Source of the DNA: a virus
Taxonomy: Duplodnaviria > Caudoviricetes
IMG/VR virus record: IMGVR_UViG_3300046171_000202
Location: 1,225-65,224 of that record
Reading direction: 5' to 3' (one strand)
DNA: 64,000 bases
Under the pieces are notes generated by a model, which saw nothing but the letters and a program-made list of their open reading frames with translations, was not told the origin of the DNA and did no database searches. The translations under genes were made by a program, and so were the position numbers. Positions 48,480 through 57,272 of the stretch are shown here, in pieces (position 1 is the stretch's first letter; every line of letters starts with the position of its first letter).

Positions 48480-48889
48480 TCTTTTTGATTCTGAGGTTTA
48501 TACAAAGTACAAGGTCCTATCTTGCTGCTTGCTATTAAACTCTTAAACATTTTCCATCTAAGTGGAAAAGATTCATTTGCTCTACCTTTGCATTCTATTA
48601 TAAAGCCTTTACCTATAAAATCTGGAGTATACTTAATATTTAAAACCTTTTTATTACCTCTGTTTTTATATTCTCCTTTTCCATTGCCACATCTTTCGTA
48701 GCACTCAAAAGGAAAATTAAAAGCTTCAACAAGTTCAAATGTTTCTCCTTCATATAAGGCATGTATGTTAGCTTCTTTTAAAGCTTTGTACATATACTTT
48801 TCTAAACCAGATGCAAAGGTTATCCCGTCATAACTAGTCTTTTTAGCTCTGACAGGACCTTTACTTTTTCTTTTATAAGACTTCTTCAT
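48434..48889 (-). CDS. PD-(D/E)xK endonuclease, T7 endonuclease I-like (resolvase candidate)
   Basis: FASGLE…YTPDF…IIECKG motif. Confidence 0.75.
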   Translation of the reverse strand: MKKSYKRKSKGPVRAKKTSYDGITFASGLEKYMYKALKEANIHALYEGETFELVEAFNFPFECYERCGNGKGEYKNRGNKKVLNIKYTPDFIGKGFIIECKGRANESFPLRWKMFKSLIASSKIGPCTLYKPQNQKECDETINLILSSKNS

Positions 48890-49151
48890 TTTTATCTTCA
48901 GTAAGTCTTGCTAGCATTGCATCTTCGATCTCGTCTCGTAAACAATGCCTTGCTGACTCTAAGTACAATATTGCATCCATTAATTCTTCCTGTACATCAA
49001 CAATAAATGCACCAAGATCTTTTTCTCTGTTTACAACTTCTTGCATCATAGACTGACCATATTTTTTCATACCAAACTCGCTACGTTCGTCGATCTTTTT
49101 AATTATTTTCTGTACAATAGGGTCTTCAGTTTTTATTCTATAATCTTTCAT
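48873..49151 (-). CDS. Small all-alpha NTP-pyrophosphohydrolase-like protein
   Basis: RSEFGMKKYG…QEELMDAILYLE acidic helix motif. Confidence 0.5.
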   Translation of the reverse strand: MKDYRIKTEDPIVQKIIKKIDERSEFGMKKYGQSMMQEVVNREKDLGAFIVDVQEELMDAILYLESARHCLRDEIEDAMLARLTEDKNEEVL

Positions 49152-49152
49152 A

Positions 49153-49956
49153 TTAGTTGTCTTTTACAAATGTTCCGTTAATCATTTTACCTGTTCGTTT
49201 ACTTATCACGTTGTATGCTGACTTAATGCATGACTCGATAGTAACTCCTCTTTGATGTGCTAGGTTAGTTAACACAACTACCATATCGCCAATAGCATCT
49301 ACAACTTCTGGTTGATCATTGTTTAGCAATGCTTTACCAAGCTCACCAAACTCCTCAGCAAGTTTTATATACTGCGTTTTTGTATCGCCTTTATCGTATA
49401 TACCTTTATCTTGAGCCCATTGTCTTATTAGACCAAAGTAGTATTTGTCTTTATCGGGCTCTTGTACTACGTAAGTACCATTGCTTGAACTGGGAATCCA
49501 TCCTGACTTAGGATCTTTATTTTGAAACATATTCCAATATGCTTTGTTATATATGTAACATCTCTCGGTATTGAACATGGATGTTTTTGCATTATCTACT
49601 ATCCATGGTATTGTTTGTTCGTTTATTTTAAACTGGCCAAACTCCGTCTGCCATTTCTTACCTATGTTGTCCATGAGCCTGCCTTTTAGTTTATTAACAG
49701 GACATGGGAATGTCGAGGTTTGTTCTGTTGCGTTTATTTTCATTTTATTAAATAAGTTTTTATAAGGTTGCAAGTCTTTACGATAGCCATAAGACTGTTG
49801 AAGTTCTAACTCCAAGTCTGATATATAATCTATATCTTCTGACTGGTCTAGAACTTCGTACTCTCCCTCCTTGTAGCCTTGCACAAGGGTAACTCTGGTA
49901 TCAAGATCACGTGTTACACCGATCTTTTTACCAGGAATGTGATATAAATAGTACAT
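49153..49956 (-). CDS. Fusion: GIY-YIG-like N-terminus plus MazG-like NTP pyrophosphohydrolase C-terminus
   Basis: MYYLYHIPGKKIGVT at the N-terminus; KLAEEFGELGKAL…DAIGDMVVVLTNLA at the C-terminus. Confidence 0.7.
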   Translation of the reverse strand: MYYLYHIPGKKIGVTRDLDTRVTLVQGYKEGEYEVLDQSEDIDYISDLELELQQSYGYRKDLQPYKNLFNKMKINATEQTSTFPCPVNKLKGRLMDNIGKKWQTEFGQFKINEQTIPWIVDNAKTSMFNTERCYIYNKAYWNMFQNKDPKSGWIPSSSNGTYVVQEPDKDKYYFGLIRQWAQDKGIYDKGDTKTQYIKLAEEFGELGKALLNNDQPEVVDAIGDMVVVLTNLAHQRGVTIESCIKSAYNVISKRTGKMINGTFVKDN

Positions 49957-50597
49957 TAAATTTTATCGTTATATAAATGTAGGTTATGTGCATGATGATA
50001 ATACCAACCTACTGGTATGTTTAATTTTTCTGCAATCATTTTTTGTAACATGCTAAATTGGTATTGGTCATTGCAGAAACCATACCATAAGTCGTTAGAT
50101 CGCATATATACAGACATATTGAGCTTGTCATCTATAATCGTAAACTGAACTGCATAAGTACACGGTGTATCGTGCTTATATGTGTCGTGTTCTTTAGCGT
50201 CGTATATAGATATAGCTGCTTGTCTAGTATTCTTGTTAGATTTTAATAAACCTATAACGTGATCTATTTGATTATTTCGCTGCCATTGGTAACCGTAATT
50301 ACTATTTACATTACCTTCAGCGTTTGCCATACGTTTCCATATAGCTGGTACTTTGCCATATATATCACCTAGCTTTTTAATACTAGGATCACCAGACAAA
50401 TACCATTGCCATTCAGCGTCAGCATATTCTTTGTTCCATTTTCTGAAACCTGATTTTATTTTATTGTTAACAGGGTTAGCTATATGAAAACCTACATTAA
50501 ATAAAGCTTTAGTGCCGTCAAAATCAGCGCCAGTGTCTTTTATCTTAATGTAAAAGTAATCAAAAGCTTCGCTTGCATTTTTAAACTTTGTTCGCAT
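49956..50597 (-). CDS. Thymidylate-synthase-fold enzyme with dCMP hydroxymethylase (T4 gp42)-type signature; probable start 50597
   Basis: PAIW…GNVNSNYG, catalytic PCT, MRSNDLWYGFCND and NLHLY. Confidence 0.8.
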   Translation of the reverse strand: MRTKFKNASEAFDYFYIKIKDTGADFDGTKALFNVGFHIANPVNNKIKSGFRKWNKEYADAEWQWYLSGDPSIKKLGDIYGKVPAIWKRMANAEGNVNSNYGYQWQRNNQIDHVIGLLKSNKNTRQAAISIYDAKEHDTYKHDTPCTYAVQFTIIDDKLNMSVYMRSNDLWYGFCNDQYQFSMLQKMIAEKLNIPVGWYYHHAHNLHLYNDKI

Positions 50598-50847
50598 ATT
50601 TATTATAATAGTATTTTGTATATTCTGCTGCTTTCTGTTTTGCATCGTAGTAGTTGTAGGCTTCGTCTGTTTGACCAACTAGCTTTCTGCTAGGATATCT
50701 TCCAGTCTCTACAAGTACTCTATATAATCTAGATCGCCAAGCTATTTCTCTGGTTGTTATACATATATTATTTCTAACACACCACATCCAAGCTTGCATC
50801 TCTTCTTCGTTCATCGCATAATGCTTTTGTTGCTTTTTTACTCCCAT
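50581..50847 (-). CDS. Hypothetical protein
   Basis: 88-aa ORF coupled between the helicase and the TS-like gene. Confidence 0.6.
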   Translation of the reverse strand: MGVKKQQKHYAMNEEEMQAWMWCVRNNICITTREIAWRSRLYRVLVETGRYPSRKLVGQTDEAYNYYDAKQKAAEYTKYYYNKYANKV

Positions 50848-52543
50848 GGAAGATCATCTTGCTTTATAGATGTTTCAGGTACAAATCTACCTGATGCCCT
50901 ATCCCAAGTAAAATGAGCTTCAGCTCCGTTCTCACCAAGGTTTTGAAACTTAACCTTAAGTACTTTAACTTTAGTAGTACCTGCATCGTAATCTCTATGA
51001 ACTAATAAGCCGTGATAACTAGCATCGTACCATTCGCCACCACCTTTAATATTATACATTGTTGGCTCTTGTATCTTGCCGTCTTGGCCTTTCATCATTT
51101 TAGTTGGATGAGCTACTATGAAAACTAAACAGTCATACTTTTTAGCAAATGTTTCGATCTTCATTAAGTAATCCATAGTATAACGATTAACATCATCTGT
51201 CTTAGCGTTTATATCTCTTACCTTATTATAAGGATCGATCACTAAGCATTTAATACCTTTACGTTTTACTAATTCAGCACCTTTGCGTAATACTGAGTCT
51301 AAATCGTATTTATCCATGTCTATAAAATAGAAATGATCGTTAACGTGCTCAGCAACTTCGTTCCATTTAGGCTCCGCCAATATCTCCGACGTTTGGCATA
51401 TCACCCCATACTTTACGCATAAGCTTATGAGCATGTAAATATGTAGGTTGATTTTCAGGACTTGCAAAAGCTGTTTTCCATCCGTATTGTTGGTTATAGC
51501 CGACTACCATTTGGTCTACAAAGTCTGACTTACCTGAACTAGGTATACCTGTTACAGTTATAAACTGCTTAGTATACGTAGAAAATATTTCGTCAAAATT
51601 AGGTAGACCAACTTGGAAACCGGGTTTAAAACCATTTTTAACAAAGTCAGTTATCTCGCCTTCTATATCTTTAAACGTAGTTACGTTTTCCAAAGGATAA
51701 GGTCTAGCTTTAGCTATTGACTCAGCCAACTTATCTTTACCGTGTTTAAGTAAGTATTCGTTAGCATCTTTACAGTCGTCGAAGTCCTACTATAAAGCAG
51801 GTTTCAGCTCCTAGCCTACGTACAAGTTCGGCTTGAAGCATTTGACCTGGTTCGTCTTTATCTATAGCTAGAAGTATTCTTTCTTTATCTTCGAAATAAT
51901 CAATACAATTATCTAAGTAATCTAGATTATTATTAGTTAGCGTTGCACCGTTAGGTACCGAGACTACATTTTTAATACCAGCTTCGTGAAAAGCTAGCAC
52001 GTCCATCTCGCCTTCAGTTACAACGCAACTGTCATACCCTATTATACTGTTGATATTGTAGAATACTTTTTCAGCTCCTTTGTATAGTTTAAAGTTTTTG
52101 CGACCATCTCTGTATTTAACATTGATTAGCTGATCGCCCATCATATAGTTGAACTGTATTGTGTTTTCTGTTTTACCTGTTTGCGGCATATACTCAGGAC
52201 CTTGACCAACGTGCAGTTGATCTAATGTTTCTTGAGATATACCTCTTGTTTCAAACCATTGTGTTACTTTGTCTTTAACTGGTAAATACTTAGTAACTTC
52301 AGGTCTAACATAAACACGCTCGCTAGCTCCTTTCCTTTGATACGTATGTAGCTGGAAAGAAGTGCTACAGTTATGGCAAGTACCGAGACCACGTTCCCAA
52401 TCATATGAAGCACATTTTGCTTTTTTATTTGCGGGCTTTCTAGTGTGCGAGCAAAGAGGGCATACACCCTGACTTTTCCCAGATTCTAGACCGTATTGAT
52501 TGAACTGGTCAATCGTAAACCCATTGATCTCTGTTATTTGCAT
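50838..52543 (-). CDS. Primase-helicase (T7 gp4/Twinkle-like), with two apparent +1 frameshifts at about 51787 and 51369
   Basis: Zn finger CPLC…CHNC, TOPRIM TEGEMD and DKD, CKDANEYL after correction, Walker A GIPSSGKS, LVIDPYN, IVAHPTK and KVKFQNLG. Confidence 0.9.
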
Positions 52544-52560
52544 TTAATTTAATTGAATTG

Positions 52561-52653
52561 TTAATACTCTAGTTCTCTACAGTCTGGACATATACTGCAA
52601 GAATCAAACTCTTCCTGCAGCATATCTTGTCCACACATTTCGCATAGCGGCAT
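52561..52653 (-). CDS. Tiny zinc-ribbon peptide (MPLCEMCGQDMLQEEFDSCSICPDCRELEY)
   Basis: Two CxxC pairs; start overlaps the SSB stop. Confidence 0.55.
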   Translation of the reverse strand: MPLCEMCGQDMLQEEFDSCSICPDCRELEY

Positions 52654-52964
52654 TAGAACGGTAGGTCATCTTCGACCTTCTGAGTTACGACATTGCCTTG
52701 CGCTGCCATACCATCTTTAGGTGCAGGATTAACATTATCTCCGTTCGACCATACAACTTTAACATTGCCTAAATAAACCTTTTCAGTCTTTGCCTCTCGT
52801 TCCTCTTTAGTCTGTTGTACAGATACAGGACCTTGATTACCAAACTGATCTAGCTCATCATTTAACGTTATAGTTATAGGTAGGTATTTACCTTTTTTAC
52901 CGTTTATGATCTTATCTTTTGGTATTTTAGTAAGATCAATGCTTGTTGCTATTATACTTGCCAT
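52653..52964 (-). CDS. ssb: Single-stranded DNA-binding protein
   Basis: Small OB-like protein with acidic tail EDDLPF, next to the primase-helicase. Confidence 0.7.
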   Translation of the reverse strand: MASIIATSIDLTKIPKDKIINGKKGKYLPITITLNDELDQFGNQGPVSVQQTKEEREAKTEKVYLGNVKVVWSNGDNVNPAPKDGMAAQGNVVTQKVEDDLPF

Positions 52965-52965
52965 A

Positions 52966-53160
52966 TTAGTAAGCTTTTAATTGATTAAACATTCTTGTTA
53001 ACTGGTCTTTAGTAGCGCCAGTATTTCTTCTTAAATTATCTACAGCTTTGACGTGCGTCTGATTTGTGTAGAAGTTGTCTTCGCTAGTTAGCATTCCTGT
53101 AACTGAGCACACCCTGGTTGGTGTCTTTCTGGTTCTGGTTTTTCTGGTTGTTTTTCTCAT
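52966..53160 (-). CDS. Hypothetical basic protein
   Basis: 64-aa ORF preceded by a copy of the promoter motif. Confidence 0.6.
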   Translation of the reverse strand: MRKTTRKTRTRKTPTRVCSVTGMLTSEDNFYTNQTHVKAVDNLRRNTGATKDQLTRMFNQLKAY

Positions 53161-53178
53161 AAATTATTAATTTAAATT

Positions 53179-53210
53179 ATTATCTTAAGGTTATCGTATT
53201 TGTTTTGTAA
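53179..53210 (-). promoter_or_regulatory. Promoter-like motif copy 1 (TTACA-N6-ATACGA-N9-GATAAT)
   Basis: Plus strand attatc-ttaaggtta-tcgtat-ttgttt-tgtaa. Confidence 0.75.
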
Positions 53211-53211
53211 A

Positions 53212-53943
53212 TCAAAGAGTTTTGTTTATAAAGTACTGCGTGCTATCAAAGTTGTCAGTATTATAAAATAACTCATATGCTTCAGTGGCTTTTCTAACCT
53301 TTTCAATGCCACGTTCTATAAACTCCGGAGAGCAATCAAACAAACCTATTTGATGAGTATTTTTATCTATTGCAATAAATATAAGCTCATAACCAAATAG
53401 CTTGCTGTAAATGTATGCTTGGCTATCGTAGTTGTATTTCCAAGCTGATCTTTTAAACGAATCTATATCGTTGGTAGTTTTTAGATCAATAATCAGTTTT
53501 TCACTGTGGTTTATTATATCTGCCTTACCTTTCCATTTGTATCCGTCTAATTCTGTAATGCCAGGTTCTTCATATATTACGTCTCCTTTTCGTATGAGAT
53601 CTCTACATATATCATTTGACATTATCTTGTCTGATAGTAGTTCTATATTGTCGACCTCTTGTTGTAGAAGACATAGTTCACCTCCTGACATCTCTTTATA
53701 AGCCTTTGTATTTCTAGATGAAGATTGTATCACTTTGTATTTCTTAAGCTTATGCGGCTCGAGTATTGCAGTGTGAAAATAACCTCCAACTAGAAACGCT
53801 GGTGAAGGCTTACTAGGTTGCCCTAGTGCTAAAGGATTTTTAAGTAACGTTCCAATATCGCTATTACTTAAGTATTGTTTACCAAACTTTCCGTAATAAT
53901 GTTCATCTTCACGTAGTTTTTCTATTGCTTGTTTTTTATCCAT
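53212..53943 (-). CDS. RecE/exonuclease VIII-like PD-(D/E)xK exonuclease
   Basis: LSNSDI, GGYFHTAILEP, KGKADII, IIDLKTT and YDSQAYIY. Confidence 0.8.
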   Translation of the reverse strand: MDKKQAIEKLREDEHYYGKFGKQYLSNSDIGTLLKNPLALGQPSKPSPAFLVGGYFHTAILEPHKLKKYKVIQSSSRNTKAYKEMSGGELCLLQQEVDNIELLSDKIMSNDICRDLIRKGDVIYEEPGITELDGYKWKGKADIINHSEKLIIDLKTTNDIDSFKRSAWKYNYDSQAYIYSKLFGYELIFIAIDKNTHQIGLFDCSPEFIERGIEKVRKATEAYELFYNTDNFDSTQYFINKTL

Positions 53944-54480
53944 TTATAATGTTGTTAGTGCTTTCTCAACCTCAGCACTTAATTTGTATTTCGCCTTGAT
54001 AGCGTCAAGCTTGCCACCGCTTTTAACATAAGCTTTAGCTTTTGCAAACGCAGGATCTTTTACAGATGTTAGCGTACTTGCAGCGCCTTTACCGTGCGTG
54101 TTAGCAGCGTCACTGTCTTGAGTGTCATCAATTAAAAATAAGTTACCTAACGCATATTTTTTAGCATAACTCGAGGCTGATCCAAACTGTTGAGGAGTTT
54201 GCATACCTTTCTGATTAAGATCAACACCTACAATGGCGGTTGCGTGTATAGCACTTTTGCCGTCATTTACTGATGCTGTAGTCTTTAATACAGGCATAGG
54301 ACTATCAGCTATTAATTCTTCATTAATTGTAACTGTTACGCCTAGCTCCTTTAAAAAGGGTTTTGTTGCTTCGAGAATGTCTTCGGCACTGCGAAAGTGG
54401 TATTTGCCGAATGAGTTGAACCTAGATTTTTTAGATTTAAATCTGGTTTGGATTTCTGTTAATTTGTCGTTTAACGTCAT
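53944..54480 (-). CDS. ERF-family ssDNA annealing protein
   Basis: NSFGKYHFRSAEDILEA and QQFGSASSYAKKYALGNLFLIDD. Confidence 0.85.
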   Translation of the reverse strand: MTLNDKLTEIQTRFKSKKSRFNSFGKYHFRSAEDILEATKPFLKELGVTVTINEELIADSPMPVLKTTASVNDGKSAIHATAIVGVDLNQKGMQTPQQFGSASSYAKKYALGNLFLIDDTQDSDAANTHGKGAASTLTSVKDPAFAKAKAYVKSGGKLDAIKAKYKLSAEVEKALTTL

Positions 54481-54539
54481 AGGTATGTTGGTTTGATATT
54501 ATTATAATTACACATTTATTTTATTATTTAACATTTAAC

Positions 54540-55296
54540 TCAAAGATAATCAAGCACTTGCGAGTGATCTACGTTCTCTATTAATCGTTCAACAGCTTGC
54601 TTTTTTAACTGTGAAACCCTAACATATGCGCTAGTACCTTTTATCTGTAGTTTTTCAGCTATTTGCTTAGCACTGTGCTTATCACAGTCTAAACCGTAGC
54701 TTAATCTTAGTACTTCATATTCTTTGTGGTTTAAATGCTTTTTAAGTAAACCGATCAAATAAACATTAAGTAATTCTTTATTATACGGCTCTGACTGATC
54801 TGCAATTTGGTATGCCATATTCTCATCGTTATTAGGCTTTGCATCTATACTTAAGAATATACTATTAAAAAACATCTCAACCATTTGCCTGTTCTTTGCC
54901 GAAGTCTTTTCGTATTTCATTAAGCTTGTGTTCTGGTATACGTATATTACCTCTGTTTATATCTACAGCTCTTCGTATTGCACCTTTAATTCGTTTGCTT
55001 AAAAAAGACTTATAGTTTTTTCTATGTCATCTGATTCACATAGCTTTTCCCAGTCGATCCTGTCAACAGCTGCTACTAAACCTACTGATCCTTCTTGTAT
55101 TAGATCAGTTAATGCTTAATACGCCAGATGCTTGCTGAGATGTAGAAAACTTACGTGCTAGATTTTCTACCAAAGGTAAGAACTTTACTATAAGTTCATC
55201 TCTAGTTAGCATCGCGTAATCTATTTCATCGTCAGGCATAGATCTATTAAGATCTTGTTTGTACTTTATATAGTTACTTACGTTATAGCTCTTCAT
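54540..55296 (-). CDS. Sigma-70-family RNA polymerase sigma factor, with three apparent frameshifts (about 55107, 55010, 54894)
   Basis: Reconstructed LPLVENLARKF…DLIQEGSVGLVAAVDR (region 2), RIKGAIRRAVD…IRIPEH, and region-4 HTH EYEVLRLSYGL…SAKQIAEKL…RVSQLKKQAVERL. Confidence 0.8.
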
Positions 55297-55900
55297 TTAA
55301 TATTTGTTTTTCTTTTTTTAGTGTTTCGCACATATGGCGATATATAGTTCTCTGTGTTACGTTTAACGCTTTGGCTAGTTTATTTGTTGTAATCTTCTGA
55401 CCTTCATCGTTTATATCTAACATGCATTGGTATAATATAGTTTTATCTAATTTATTTCTACCAATTAATTTACCTACGATACTAAGCTTATCACTTAAAC
55501 TAAGTCCCCAAGCGGCAGGTTTAAATATTACTTTCCTTAATTTGTTTACTGGTGGATCGATACCCTGATCAAATACATCTTGTATCATTTTATCTAATAC
55601 TTTACTTTTAATAAAAAAGGTTACAAAACCGTTTTCTTTATTAGCAATAAATTTATATATAGATCTTAAAAAATCTTCGTTCTCTCCCTCATTTAAGAAT
55701 TGTAACACTAAAAAATGCCACTTAAGTGACCTGTATGTAGTAATTTTAGCTTTACTAGCAAATAAAGTATAACACTGATGAGTACCATTGTTATAGTACA
55801 TGTATAGATCGGTCTCTTGGCTGGGTTGATCCGACCAAGGATTACATCTAGTAATCACACGTCTATCGTGCAGCCATTTTATTTTTCTATCATGTGACAT
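55283..55900 (-). CDS. Hypothetical protein with C-terminal helix-turn-helix
   Basis: ITTNKLAKALNVTQRTIYRHM. Confidence 0.65.
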   Translation of the reverse strand: MSHDRKIKWLHDRRVITRCNPWSDQPSQETDLYMYYNNGTHQCYTLFASKAKITTYRSLKWHFLVLQFLNEGENEDFLRSIYKFIANKENGFVTFFIKSKVLDKMIQDVFDQGIDPPVNKLRKVIFKPAAWGLSLSDKLSIVGKLIGRNKLDKTILYQCMLDINDEGQKITTNKLAKALNVTQRTIYRHMCETLKKEKQILNEEL

Positions 55901-55956
55901 TAGCTAGTTACTTATTAATCCTTATAGGCTATTGTCATAGCCGTGTTATATTTACT

Positions 55957-56094
55957 TTATTTTTTTGTTTTATTTTTCTTTGTTTTAGTTACTTTTTTAA
56001 CTTCGTTTACATATGCAGCATCTTCTAATGCGGCAACTAATCCATTAAAAAAATTACTTATTCCTTTAAATAATTTTATTATAATCTCCTTCAT
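55957..56094 (-). CDS. Small protein, 45 aa, with basic tail (MKEIIIKLFKGISNFFNG…KKNKTKK)
   Basis: Hand translation; fills the gap in the operon. Confidence 0.5.
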   Translation of the reverse strand: MKEIIIKLFKGISNFFNGLVAALEDAAYVNEVKKVTKTKKNKTKK

Positions 56095-56545
56095 AAATTT
56101 TCTCATTTTTGTTTGCTACTGTGTGTTTCTCAGCAATATAGTATCTCCAGTAGGCCTTTATACTACACGCGCTTTTGTATTCATCTGGCATTGCTTGAGG
56201 AGGCTGCTTAAAGTCTGACGTAGTCATGCCCATAGGAGGCCATTTAAGAGCATCTCTGCATTTAGTTATTGTTAAATGTGTTTTGCCATATCTGAACGTA
56301 TATTCATCTCCTAAAGCCATCATATGTTGGTATAACCAATTGTAATGCTTAGTATTAGAACGAGTCCAGATGGTGCTTGGATGGTTAATGTGGCTTACTT
56401 TGTATGGAACGTTGTCACCATTGCCATGAAAATGATGCGCCGAGCATAGCATTTGAGCTGACTCAAGAACCATTTTAACAACGTGTTTGTTGTACTGTAA
56501 CCTAGCAGCCGTATCTGGATCTGCGTCTAAATAAAATATGTTCAT
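56066..56545 (-). CDS. Pyrimidine-dimer DNA glycosylase (DenV/endonuclease V-like) family protein
   Basis: MNIFYLD…KHVVKMVLESAQML…HINHPSTIW…EYTFRYGKTH. Confidence 0.75.
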   Translation of the reverse strand: MNIFYLDADPDTAARLQYNKHVVKMVLESAQMLCSAHHFHGNGDNVPYKVSHINHPSTIWTRSNTKHYNWLYQHMMALGDEYTFRYGKTHLTITKCRDALKWPPMGMTTSDFKQPPQAMPDEYKSACSIKAYWRYYIAEKHTVANKNEKIYEGDYNKII

Positions 56546-57054
56546 GTATTTGTTATCTTTTGTTCTTCGTATTTGTTTTGTAAATGTGGTTTAACTTTGT
56601 GCCAATATTTTAATGTAGCTTTCTTTTTGTCTCCTCGAGGACCGCCATTCCATCTTCTTGATACGATCTCTGCGTACTCCATAAATGTAACATACTCGCA
56701 GCATATATATTGCTCTGCTATAATGTTAAACATCTGTATAGATTTTGCTCTGCTGTAACGATCTTGTAATGAGTATCTTACGTTTGACTTATGCTTGCGT
56801 AATATTCTATTAACTTCTCTTACGCATATAGGTTGTATCTGTAAACAGCCTACGGCTTTACCTCGATCACCGATCGCAGAGTCATTACCTCTACTTTCTA
56901 CAAAAATTATTGCATCGATTAAATCTTCCCATGATGGCTCGATCGTTACTTTTACTTGCTCTGTGGTCGGAGCAGATCTGTGTATAGCATTACTCGTGTT
57001 GCTCTTCGGCATCACTAAGCTTACTGCTATAGTTGCTATTAATAATTTGTTCAT
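56542..57054 (-). CDS. Signal-peptide-bearing lysozyme-like / lytic transglycosylase protein
   Basis: N-terminal hydrophobic signal; AIIFVES…AVGCLQI…WNGGP. Confidence 0.7.
   Translation of the reverse strand: MNKLLIATIAVSLVMPKSNTSNAIHRSAPTTEQVKVTIEPSWEDLIDAIIFVESRGNDSAIGDRGKAVGCLQIQPICVREVNRILRKHKSNVRYSLQDRYSRAKSIQMFNIIAEQYICCEYVTFMEYAEIVSRRWNGGPRGDKKKATLKYWHKVKPHLQNKYEEQKITNT
56552..56583 (-). promoter_or_regulatory. Promoter-like motif copy 2
   Basis: gttatc-ttttgttct-tcgtat-ttgttt-tgtaa; 6 nt before ATG 56545. Confidence 0.75.
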
Positions 57055-57272
57055 AAGTTTGCTTCTTTAACGAAGTAGTTGAATACTTCTGGTATATGTT
57101 TCTTGTAATACGGCTGTGTATCCATACACCAGTCCATTAGTTTTTCTCTACTTGTAAATTTTTCGTTTAGTGTTGGTATGTTAGGATTTTGTATCATTCT
57201 AAACATAGGGTTTAGCTCATCAATAAAATTTCCAACTGTCCAGCCTTCGTATATGTGTTTATCTCTATTCAT
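57051..57272 (-). CDS. Hypothetical protein (MNRDKHIYEGWTV…); probable start 57272
   Basis: In-frame ATG overlapping the ligase end. Confidence 0.6.
   Translation of the reverse strand: MNRDKHIYEGWTVGNFIDELNPMFRMIQNPNIPTLNEKFTSREKLMDWCMDTQPYYKKHIPEVFNYFVKEANL

Noticed and set aside
49956-50678. ORF-track starts at 50678, 14545, 44217, 45076 and 57356
   Set aside because: The extensions overlap upstream genes; downstream ATGs (50597, 14608, 44292, 45106, 57272) give normal coupling and start context
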